Shown: positions 48,506 through 55,846 of the stretch, one piece after another
How positions within the stretch are numbered: the first letter of the stretch is position 1
Layout of the letters: the number at the start of each line of letters is the position of its first letter
DNA from: Pseudonocardia sp.
GTDB lineage: Bacteria > Actinomycetota > Actinomycetes > Mycobacteriales > Pseudonocardiaceae
Length of the DNA: 64,000 nucleotides
NCBI RefSeq assembly: GCF_050250275.1
Contig: NZ_JBFWOY010000020.1
Location: 11,155-75,154, forward strand
Direction: 5' to 3'
Made by a program: the position numbers and the translations under genes
The notes under the pieces: model-generated
Told to the model about the DNA's origin: nothing
What the model saw: the letters and a program-made list of their open reading frames with translations, nothing else
The model's database searches: none

Positions 48506-49530
48506 GGCTTGGCGTCCAGCTTCTCCAGCTCGGGAACGACCTGGTCGAGGGCGTAGGGGATGCTCAGCACGGTGTTGAAGGTGATCGCCGCACCCGGGAA
48601 CGGGGCCTGCGTGTAGTCGAAGTAGGACACGCGGCCGTTGCGGACGACGTCGAGCCGGTTGTAGATGGGGTCGTTCTGCAGGGTGGCCAGGAGGTCGGGG
48701 TCGGAGGTCCAGGCGAGGCGGTCGACGTCGAGCAGCGTGAACTCCTCGGCGCTGACGTTCGCGAGGTTGTCCTGTACGCGCGGGGCGAGCCACGGGGGCT
48801 GCGTCGAGAAGCCGAGGTCGGCGAAGAACCGGGCCTTGGGGTCCTGCGGCGAGAAGACCCCGTAGGTGCCCGCCTCGGCCGTCGCCATCACGAGCATGGT
48901 CTTCGTGGCCCACTGCGGGTGAGCCGTGCGGACAGCGGCGAGCTTCTGCTCCACGCCTGCCACCAGGTCCTTGGCCTGCGCCTCGCGGCCGAGCGCGCGG
49001 CCGATCGTCACCGTCGTCTCCTGCCAGGGGGCACCGAAGGCGTCGTAGGCGCCCGGGTGGGCGACGGTGGGGGCGATCGCCGACAGCTTGTCGTACTCGG
49101 AGCGGTCCAGGCCCTCGTACAGGGCGAGGATCAGGTCCGGACGCAGGGCGGCGACCTTCTCGAAGCTGATCTCGCCGGCGTTCGCGACGATCTCGGGGGT
49201 CGCCCCCTTCGCGGCCGCGGTCGCCCACGGGAAGATCGCGCCCGGCTGCTCGTCGAACCATTCCGTCGTGCCGACCGGCTGGACACCGAGGGCGAGGACG
49301 GCGTCCTGGTCGCTCCAGCCGATGGTGACCACGCGCTGCGGCGAGGTGGCGATGGTGGTGGAGCCGAGGGCGTGGTCGATGGTCACCGGGAAGCCGGGAC
49401 CGGCCGGCGGGGCCGACGGGGACGAGGCGGGCGACTGCGCTGTGCCGCAGCCGGCGAGGGCCACGGCGAGCGCCGCTGCGAGCGGCAGCAGCGTCCGTCG
49501 TCGAAGTGTTCGGGGCATGCGGATACTCAC
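48502..49530 (-). CDS. siderophore/iron-complex ABC substrate-binding lipoprotein (FecB/FhuD-like, cluster A)
   Basis: Signal peptide with lipobox [25 protein letters not shown] and [12 protein letters not shown] are typical of iron-siderophore binding proteins. GAGGAG lies 7 nt upstream of GTG 49530; ATG 49518 is the alternative. Confidence 0.9.
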   Translation of the reverse strand: MSIRMPRTLRRRTLLPLAAALAVALAGCGTAQSPASSPSAPPAGPGFPVTIDHALGSTTIATSPQRVVTIGWSDQDAVLALGVQPVGTTEWFDEQPGAIFPWATAAAKGATPEIVANAGEISFEKVAALRPDLILALYEGLDRSEYDKLSAIAPTVAHPGAYDAFGAPWQETTVTIGRALGREAQAKDLVAGVEQKLAAVRTAHPQWATKTMLVMATAEAGTYGVFSPQDPKARFFADLGFSTQPPWLAPRVQDNLANVSAEEFTLLDVDRLAWTSDPDLLATLQNDPIYNRLDVVRNGRVSYFDYTQAPFPGAAITFNTVLSIPYALDQVVPELEKLDAKP

Positions 49531-49586
49531 GGTTGTGCTCCTCGGAGGTCGATCAGGGACGTTCTTGGGCGCTGAAGCGCCCGGGA

Positions 49587-49814
49587 TCAGCGGGTCGGCG
49601 CGGCCGGCTCGGAGCGCTGCCGCAGGCTGCGGGGGCGCAGGTCGTCCCAGTGTTCGTCGATGTGGTCCAGGCACTCCTGGCGGCCGGCTGCGGACAGGAC
49701 CACGCGCCAGCCCTCGGGGACCGCCGCGAACGCGGGCCACAGCGAGTACTGCTCCTCGTCGTTGACCAGTACGTGGAAGGTGCCGTCCGGGTCGTCGAAC
49801 GGGTTGGTGGACAT
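49587..49814 (-). CDS. MbtH-like protein
   Basis: [39 protein letters not shown]...[20 protein letters not shown] is the canonical MbtH signature (NxExQxSxWP...GW). Confidence 0.95.
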   Translation of the reverse strand: MSTNPFDDPDGTFHVLVNDEEQYSLWPAFAAVPEGWRVVLSAAGRQECLDHIDEHWDDLRPRSLRQRSEPAAPTR

Positions 49815-49842
49815 CCGTGTCTCGCCTTCTGTCGTGGGTGGG

Positions 49843-51108
49843 TCAGACCAGGGCCGAGCTGCGCTCGGCGATCGACTGCACGATCTCCCCACTACGCACG
49901 GCGATGTTCGACAGCAGCGTCGACGACAGTCCATGGGTGTGTTCGGTCGCGCCCTGGACGTAGATTCCCGCGCGCAACGCCTCGTCGGTGGCCACCCGGT
50001 AGTCGCGGTTGATGCTCAGGCGGCCGGTGTCGTCGCGCAGGCAGGATCCGGTGAGGTCGCCGAGGAGGGCGCACGGGTCGGAGGGCCGGTATCCGGTCGC
50101 ATAGACCACGAGGTCGGCTCTGACGGCTTCGCGCCCACCGTCGAGCATCGACTCGAGGACCAGTTCGACGTGGTCGCGGCCGGCCACCACGTCACCGATG
50201 CGGCTGACGTTGAGGAACCGCAGCCGTTCGCGCCCGCTGATCTTCTCGTGGTAATGGCGGCGGTAGAGGGACTCGATGAGCTCGGGGTCGACGACCGAGT
50301 AGTTGGTGTTGGCGTGGTAGCCGAGAATCATCTGTTTGACTTCGGGGGGTGCTCCGAAGAAGTCGTCGACGGCGCCCGGGTCGAACACGCGGTTGGCGAA
50401 CGGTGTGTCGTCGGCGGGGCTGTAGCCGTAGCGGTTGAAGACGGCCCACACCTCAGCGGACTCGAACCTGCGGTGGAAGTGGTCCACCGCCTCGGCTGCG
50501 CTCTGCCCGGCGCCGACGACGATCACGCGACGCGGGTCGATCGGCTGGTCGGTGCGGGTGAGGAGGTCGCGCGTGTGCCAGATCCGCTCTCCCGGGACCA
50601 CCCCGTCGGGCAGGTTCGCGGTGAGCCCGGTGGCGACCACGACGTTACGGGTGCGCATCGTCGTCCCGCCCGACGTCCTGACGTCGAGGAACTCGGGTGC
50701 GTCGGGTACCGGATCGATCGAGGTCACGGTCGTGCGGTAGTCGACGTCGTCGGCGAATCGCCCGGCGACCCATTCCAGGTAGTCGTGGAACTCCAGACGT
50801 GTCGGGAACGCGCTCCCGTAGTTGATGAAGTCGATCAGCCGGCCCCGGTCGTGGAGGTAGGACAGGAAGCCGTACGGGCTGACGGGGTTGCGCAGGGTGG
50901 CGAGGTCCTTGAGGAAACTGATCTGCATCGTCGCGTCTTCGAGCAACATGCCGCGGTGCCATCCGAACGTGGGCTGCCGTTCCACGAACCGGGTACTCAA
51001 CCCCGCGCCAGGGGTGCTGCTGTTGTGTTCGGCGACGGCGACGGCGAGCGCCAGGTTCGATGGTCCGAAACCGACGCCGACCAGGTCGAACGACCCACAT
51101 CGAGACAT
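49843..51108 (-). CDS. L-ornithine/L-lysine N-monooxygenase (SidA/IucD/PvdA family)
   Basis: [16 protein letters not shown] (FAD GxGxxN variant), [23 protein letters not shown] (NADPH) and DLVVYATGY. Confidence 0.93.
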   Translation of the reverse strand: MSRCGSFDLVGVGFGPSNLALAVAVAEHNSSTPGAGLSTRFVERQPTFGWHRGMLLEDATMQISFLKDLATLRNPVSPYGFLSYLHDRGRLIDFINYGSAFPTRLEFHDYLEWVAGRFADDVDYRTTVTSIDPVPDAPEFLDVRTSGGTTMRTRNVVVATGLTANLPDGVVPGERIWHTRDLLTRTDQPIDPRRVIVVGAGQSAAEAVDHFHRRFESAEVWAVFNRYGYSPADDTPFANRVFDPGAVDDFFGAPPEVKQMILGYHANTNYSVVDPELIESLYRRHYHEKISGRERLRFLNVSRIGDVVAGRDHVELVLESMLDGGREAVRADLVVYATGYRPSDPCALLGDLTGSCLRDDTGRLSINRDYRVATDEALRAGIYVQGATEHTHGLSSTLLSNIAVRSGEIVQSIAERSSALV

Positions 51109-51132
51109 GCACGCGCTCCCTTTGGGTGAGGA

Positions 51133-51151
51133 CTAGGCTACCTTTGCCTAA
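51133..51151. promoter_or_regulatory. IdeR/DmdR-type iron box candidate
   Basis: ctaggctacctttgcctaa; the reverse complement TTAGGCAAAGGTAGCCTAG matches 13/19 positions of the remembered consensus TTAGGTTAGGCTAACCTAA, with both outer TTAGG/CCTAA arms preserved. It is centred in the AT-richer 66-bp gap between the divergent N-monooxygenase and SIP genes. Confidence 0.5.
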
Positions 51152-51174
51152 GGGAAGGCTTACTTCAATAGCCC

Positions 51175-51873
51175 GTGTGGGCGGACACACAGCGGAGTCG
51201 TTTCGGCCCCGCGCGGTCAGGAACGGGCGGTCTCCGTACGGTGCGGCGCGTCGAGGGTGACCGGGTGACCGTCGACGTCGTCGTCCACGAGGGTGGCGCC
51301 GCGACGGCGTGGGCGCGCCGCGGCCGGCCGGGCGACCGGCTCGCGGTGACCCACCAGAACAGCTGGTTCACCCGGCCCGACGGGGTCGGCTGGCAGGTGC
51401 TGCTCGTCGACACCACCGGCCTGCCCGCGGCGGCGCGCATCGCGGAGGAGGCGCCCGCGGGGATGCGGACGATCGTCGTCGCGGAGGTCCCGTCGACCGC
51501 GGACGAGCAGGAGCTGGCCGGGGCCGAGGTCACGTGGGTGCACAACCGCCAGGTCGTGCACGGGGGGTCGCGGCTCGAGCGCCTGGCCCGGGAGCTGGTG
51601 CTGCCCGAGGGGCCCGGGTACGTCTACGTCGCGGGTGAGGCGGCGGCGACCCGTGCCGTCCGCACGTACCTGCGTCGTGAGCTGCGGTTGCCCGCGGAGT
51701 CGTACGGGGTGATCGGCTACTGGCGCCGTGACGCGGTCGCGTGGGCGGAGCGGGTGGCGCGGTCGGACGTCGATCTCGGCGAGTTGTGGCGGCGCTCCGA
51801 GGCCGAGGCGGCCGACGGGCAGGAGGCCCTGGACCTGTACGAGGAGCGGTTGGGGGGCGTCGGCCTGCTGTGA
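51175..51873 (+). CDS. siderophore-interacting protein (ferric-siderophore reductase family), apparently lacking the N-terminal part of the FAD-binding barrel
   Basis: LRTVRRVEGDRVTVDVVVHEGGAATAWARRGRPGDRLAV resembles RxYTxR...H..GPAs.WA...pGD, and the NAD-binding half is VLLVDTTGLPAAARI...VYVAGEAAATRAVR. Only about 20 residues precede the RxYT-like motif, versus roughly 70-90 in the SIPs I remember. Confidence 0.7.
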   Translation: MWADTQRSRFGPARSGTGGLRTVRRVEGDRVTVDVVVHEGGAATAWARRGRPGDRLAVTHQNSWFTRPDGVGWQVLLVDTTGLPAAARIAEEAPAGMRTIVVAEVPSTADEQELAGAEVTWVHNRQVVHGGSRLERLARELVLPEGPGYVYVAGEAAATRAVRTYLRRELRLPAESYGVIGYWRRDAVAWAERVARSDVDLGELWRRSEAEAADGQEALDLYEERLGGVGLL

Positions 51874-51923
51874 AGAAATCTTCTGGTTGCGTATCTGCGT
51901 GAGTGCGCATATAGAGTGAGTGG

Positions 51924-53819
51924 GTGCTCCCCGAGGTCCGCTCCGCCCTGCTCGCCCTCACGGCGTTCGCCGTCGCCGTCCCCGCCCAGCTGCTCGGCGC
52001 GCCCGCAGCGGCGACCGCAGTCGCCTGGACCGTCTGCTACGTCGCCGGCGGCTGGGAACCCGCCCGGTCGGGCCTGCGGGCACTGCGCCACGGCACCCTC
52101 GACGTCGACCTGCTGATGGTCGTCGCGGCCCTCGCCGCCGCGGCGATCGGCCAGCCCCTCGACGGCGGGCTGCTCGTGGTCATCTTCGCGACGTCGGGGG
52201 CCCTCGAAGCGGTCATGACCGCCCGCACCCGGCGCGGCATCGAGGCCCTGCTCGATCTCGCCCCGGAGACCGCGGTCCGCCTCGGAGGCGACGGCTCCGA
52301 GGCGACCGTCGCCGCCCGCGAGCTGCGGGTCGGTGACGTCGTCCTCGTCCGGCCGGGCGAGCGGGTCCCCGCCGACGGCGAGGTCGTCGACGGCGCGAGC
52401 GAGATCGACACCGCGTCGCTGACCGGCGAGCCACTGCCCCGCCCTGCCGGGATCGGCACCGCCGTGCACGCCGGCACGGTCAACGGCACGGGCGCGCTGC
52501 GGGTGCGGGTCGACCGCGACCCCGGCGACTGGGTGGTCGCCGGAATCCGCGAGCGCGTCGAACGGGCCACCGGGTCGTCCTCGCGGCGCCAGCTGCTCAT
52601 CGAGCGGATCGAGCAGCCCTACTCGGTCGGCGTCGTGGTCGTCACGCCCGCCCTGATCGGGGTGCCGCTGCTGTTCGGCGCCGCGTTCGAGCCGACCCTG
52701 CTGCGCGCCATGACGTTCATGATCGTCGCGTCGCCCTGTGCGGTCGTGCTGGCGACGATGCCGCCCCTGCTCGCCGCGATCGCCGTGGCCGCCCGCCGGG
52801 GCGCGCTGCTGCGCGACGCCACCGTCGTCGAGGCCCTCGCGACGGTCGACGCCGTGGCGCTGGACAAGACCGGGACGCTGACCTCGGGCCGCCCGCGCGT
52901 CGTGGAGGTGCACGCTCTCGACGGCACCGACCCCGACGGGCTCGTCGCGCTCGCCGCCGCGGCCGAGGCCGGCAGCGAGCACGCGCTCGGACGCGCGGTC
53001 CGGGAGGAGGCGGCGCGCCGACGGCTCACCGTCCCGGTGGCGGCTGCGTTCGCGGCCGAGCCGGGGATCGGTGTGCGGGCCTCGGTCGGCGGGCAGGAGG
53101 TGACGGTCGGGCGACCGGTACCCGGCGAGCTCGTCGGCGCCGACGTCGAGGCCGGCGGCGCCACCGCGGTCGTCGTGCGGGTCGACGGCCGGGTCGCCGG
53201 GGTGCTCGGGATCGCCGACGACCTGCGCCCCGGGGCCGCCGGGGCCGTCGACGCGCTCACCGGACTGACCGGCCGGGTCCCGGTGCTGCTCACGGGCGAC
53301 GCCGACCGCCCCGCCGCCGCGGTGGCGGCGCGCCTGGGCATCCGCGAGGTCCACGCCGGGCTGCTGCCCGACGGGAAGGCCGACATCGTCGAGGCCTGGC
53401 GCCGTGACGGACGCACCGTGCTCGCGGCGGGCGACGGCGTCAACGACGCACCCCTGCTCGCCGTCGCCGACGTGGGACTCGCCGTCGGGCACGGCGCCAG
53501 CGCGCTCAGCGTCCAGGCGGGCGACGGCGTGCTGCTGCGCGACCCGATGGGCGGGCTCCCGGCACTGGTGACCCTGTCCCGCAGGGCGACGCGCGTGGCC
53601 AGGGCGAACCTCGCGTTCGCAGGCGCGGTGATCGCCGGCCTGGTCGCGTGGGACCTCGTCGGGACGCTGCCGCTGGTCCTCGGGGTCGTCGGCCACGAGC
53701 TGTCGACGGTCGTCGTGTGCCTCAACGGGCTGCGGCTGCTCGTCGGGGGCGTGCGCCGCCCCGGACGCGACGCGACGGTCGCCGGCCGGGTCGCGACCGG
53801 CAGCGAGGTCAGGCTCTGA
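51924..53819 (+). CDS. P1B-4-type heavy-metal translocating P-type ATPase (Co/Ni/Fe(II)-efflux class, CtpD/PfeT-like)
   Basis: No N-terminal CxxC HMA domain. SPC in the TM motif (MIVASPCAVVLA), DKTGTLT, GDGVNDAP, and HELSTVVVCLNGLRLL in the last TM. Confidence 0.9.
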   Translation: MLPEVRSALLALTAFAVAVPAQLLGAPAAATAVAWTVCYVAGGWEPARSGLRALRHGTLDVDLLMVVAALAAAAIGQPLDGGLLVVIFATSGALEAVMTARTRRGIEALLDLAPETAVRLGGDGSEATVAARELRVGDVVLVRPGERVPADGEVVDGASEIDTASLTGEPLPRPAGIGTAVHAGTVNGTGALRVRVDRDPGDWVVAGIRERVERATGSSSRRQLLIERIEQPYSVGVVVVTPALIGVPLLFGAAFEPTLLRAMTFMIVASPCAVVLATMPPLLAAIAVAARRGALLRDATVVEALATVDAVALDKTGTLTSGRPRVVEVHALDGTDPDGLVALAAAAEAGSEHALGRAVREEAARRRLTVPVAAAFAAEPGIGVRASVGGQEVTVGRPVPGELVGADVEAGGATAVVVRVDGRVAGVLGIADDLRPGAAGAVDALTGLTGRVPVLLTGDADRPAAAVAARLGIREVHAGLLPDGKADIVEAWRRDGRTVLAAGDGVNDAPLLAVADVGLAVGHGASALSVQAGDGVLLRDPMGGLPALVTLSRRATRVARANLAFAGAVIAGLVAWDLVGTLPLVLGVVGHELSTVVVCLNGLRLLVGGVRRPGRDATVAGRVATGSEVRL

Positions 53820-53832
53820 CGGGTACGGGGGC

Positions 53833-54417
53833 TCAGGCTGCGGGCAGCGCGGTCAGGGCGGTGACCGCCATGCCGCGCAGCAGCGCCGCGACCTCGCGGC
53901 TGCTGCCGGCCGCGCCGCTGTGCGGGGTGGAGTTCAGCAGGCCGAACGCGCCGTGAGCGGCGATCCGGGCCGCCTCCGGGGACAGCCCGGGGGTGATCTC
54001 GCGCAGCACGTCCACCCAGATCTCGACGTAGGTGCGCTGCAGCAGGCGGACCGTGCGCCGCGGCTCGGGCGGCAGGTTCGCGAGGTCGCGGTCCTGCACG
54101 ACGATCAGGTCCGGCGAGGTCAGCGCGAAGTCGAGGTGGAAGTCGACGAGAGCCTCGAGCGTGGCCAGAGCGTCGCGGCCCGCCTCGGCGCGCTCCCGGC
54201 CGCCGGCCAGCAGGTGCTCGCTGATGCCGACGAGCATCTCCGCGAGCAGCGCCTCCTTGCCGGGGAAGTGCCGGTAGAGCGCGGGCCCGCTGACGCCCAC
54301 CGCCGCGCCGAGGTCGGCGATGCTCACCCCGTGGAACCCGTGCCTGGCGAACAGACGGGCCGCGACGGTGAGGATCTGCTCGCGCCGGCCGGTGGCGGCA
54401 CCCGTCGGAACGGCCAT
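53833..54417 (-). CDS. TetR family transcriptional regulator (AccR/BkaR-like, short-chain acyl-CoA carboxylase regulator)
   Basis: The HTH is ILTVAARLFARHGFHGVSIADLGAAVGVSGPALYRHFPGKEALL. Its own upstream region and the carboxylase operon share the GTTAA-N6-CTAAC box. Confidence 0.88.
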   Translation of the reverse strand: MAVPTGAATGRREQILTVAARLFARHGFHGVSIADLGAAVGVSGPALYRHFPGKEALLAEMLVGISEHLLAGGRERAEAGRDALATLEALVDFHLDFALTSPDLIVVQDRDLANLPPEPRRTVRLLQRTYVEIWVDVLREITPGLSPEAARIAAHGAFGLLNSTPHSGAAGSSREVAALLRGMAVTALTALPAA

Positions 54418-54433
54418 CGGTGCAGCGTAGTCG

Positions 54434-54449
54434 GTTAACGTCCGCTAAC
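54434..54449. promoter_or_regulatory. GTTAA-N6-CTAAC palindromic box upstream of the TetR gene
   Basis: gttaacgtccgctaac lies 17 nt upstream of ATG 54417 (minus strand). It is the same 16-mer family as the two boxes at 57224-57257. Confidence 0.6.
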
Positions 54450-54538
54450 GCAGCCGAGTGTGGGTCAGCCCTCGGGCCGTGGCGACGGGCACCCGCCCGC
54501 GGGGCCGCCGGTGGCCGGCGACGCTGCCCGGTGAGTGC

Positions 54539-54781
54539 TCAGGCGCTCGTCAGTTCCAGCCAGCGGCGCCGGTCGAGGAGCAGGTCGACGTCGTCGCGGA
54601 AGGCCCGCACCAGGCTCGGGAACTGTGGCGTCGCCTGCCGGATCCGGCAACAGAGGGCGGCGAGGTGGCCGTCCAGCGTCACCAGGTCCGGACACGAGTA
54701 GGCCGTGCCACGCTGCCCGGTCACGATGGTGGGGTCCTGCACGTCGATCGGTGTCGACGACCAGGGTGTGGTCGGAGCCAT
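54539..54781 (-). CDS. hypothetical protein (80 aa)
   Basis: The ORF has strongly G/C-biased third codon positions and non-repetitive composition (MAPTTPWSSTPIDVQDPTIVTGQRGTAYSCPDLVTLDGHLAALCCRIRQ...). It sits in the same orientation between the EamA and TetR genes. No family recognised. Confidence 0.45.
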   Translation of the reverse strand: MAPTTPWSSTPIDVQDPTIVTGQRGTAYSCPDLVTLDGHLAALCCRIRQATPQFPSLVRAFRDDVDLLLDRRRWLELTSA

Positions 54782-54847
54782 GTGGGCCTCCTCTGTCCGA
54801 TGCGCCCGGCGGACGCGCTTCCGTTGTCTGCCCGTTCCGTGCCCCGC

Positions 54848-55750
54848 TCAACCCTCAGCAGGGCGTGCGATCGCGGCAGCGACCGGTGCGGGGGCCGGGG
54901 CGGCACGTCGCGACCGGCGCATCCCGACGGCCAGCCCGGCCCCGACGAGAGCGAGCCCGAGCCACACCCGGGGGCCGGGCACCGGTGCGCCGAGCGCGGC
55001 TCCGACCAGGGTGGCCGCGACGGGGGCGACGCCGGTCAGGAGGCTGGCGCGGCCTGCGCCCAGGTGGCCGACGGCCGAGTACCAGAGCACGAACGCGACG
55101 GCGGTGACGCCGACCGTCAGGTACGCCACGGCGAGCAGGTGTCCGGGGCGCAGCGCCGTCACCGCCGTGGGCCCCTCGGTGAGGAGGCCGCCGACGGCGA
55201 GGCCGACGGTGGCCATCCAGCACGTGTGCACGGAGACGCCCCACGGCCCGTGCCGGCCCAGGACGGGGACCGCGAGCAGCGTGAACCCGGCCTCGCAGGC
55301 GAGCACGAGCAGGGCCCACAGCAGCCCTTGCGGGTCCGTCCGGCCGCCGCCCTCGACGAGCACCGCACCGGCGGTGACCAGTACCGCGCCGCCCAGGACG
55401 ATCCGCCGGTCGCCGGTCCCGCCGAGCGCGAGCAGTACCGGGACGCTCGCGACGGCCACCCCGAGGACGGCGGGTTCGGCATGCGCCGAGCCCTGGACCA
55501 GCGCGACGTTGAACAGGACGAGCCCGCTGCCCGCGACCCCCGTGAGCCACAGCCACTCCCGGCCGCGCGGTCGCCGGACCGGCCGGCCGGTCACCCTGGC
55601 TGCGACCAGCAGGATCGCGAACGCGGCGGCGTAGCGCAGGGCCTGTGTCGTCAGCACGGGGGCGTCGCGCAGCAGCCCGGACACGGCGACGCTCCCGCCG
55701 ACGAAGCACATCCCCAACCCGCCCGTCGCGAGCGCGGTCCCCGTTCTCAT
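54848..55750 (-). CDS. EamA/DMT family transporter
   Basis: Ten hydrophobic segments arranged as two EamA-like repeats. ATG 55750 (MRTGTALATGG) is preferred over the longest ORF start at 55774. Confidence 0.85.
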   Translation of the reverse strand: MRTGTALATGGLGMCFVGGSVAVSGLLRDAPVLTTQALRYAAAFAILLVAARVTGRPVRRPRGREWLWLTGVAGSGLVLFNVALVQGSAHAEPAVLGVAVASVPVLLALGGTGDRRIVLGGAVLVTAGAVLVEGGGRTDPQGLLWALLVLACEAGFTLLAVPVLGRHGPWGVSVHTCWMATVGLAVGGLLTEGPTAVTALRPGHLLAVAYLTVGVTAVAFVLWYSAVGHLGAGRASLLTGVAPVAATLVGAALGAPVPGPRVWLGLALVGAGLAVGMRRSRRAAPAPAPVAAAIARPAEG

Positions 55751-55846
55751 GACGTCGATGGTCGGCCGCACCATGGTCTGCTCGACAGGGCCAAGACATT
55801 CCCGGGCGAGTGGTCCAAGATGCTGGAGCCGTCACGAGGGGGCGCA

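Noticed and set aside
48506-49261. N-terminal 252 codons of the 5069-aa ORF 34052..49261, which would extend the NRPS upstream
   Set aside because: This stretch is Arg/Gly/Pro-rich with no NRPS motifs. It is fully overlapped by the well-supported siderophore-binding lipoprotein gene in another frame. An in-frame GTG at 48505 overlaps that gene's stop and immediately precedes the first A-domain sequence.
51128-51146. Alternative iron-box register anchored on the TAGGCTA core
   Set aside because: It matches only about 10/19 consensus positions and loses both outer arms. The register 51133-51151 (13/19, arms intact) is better.
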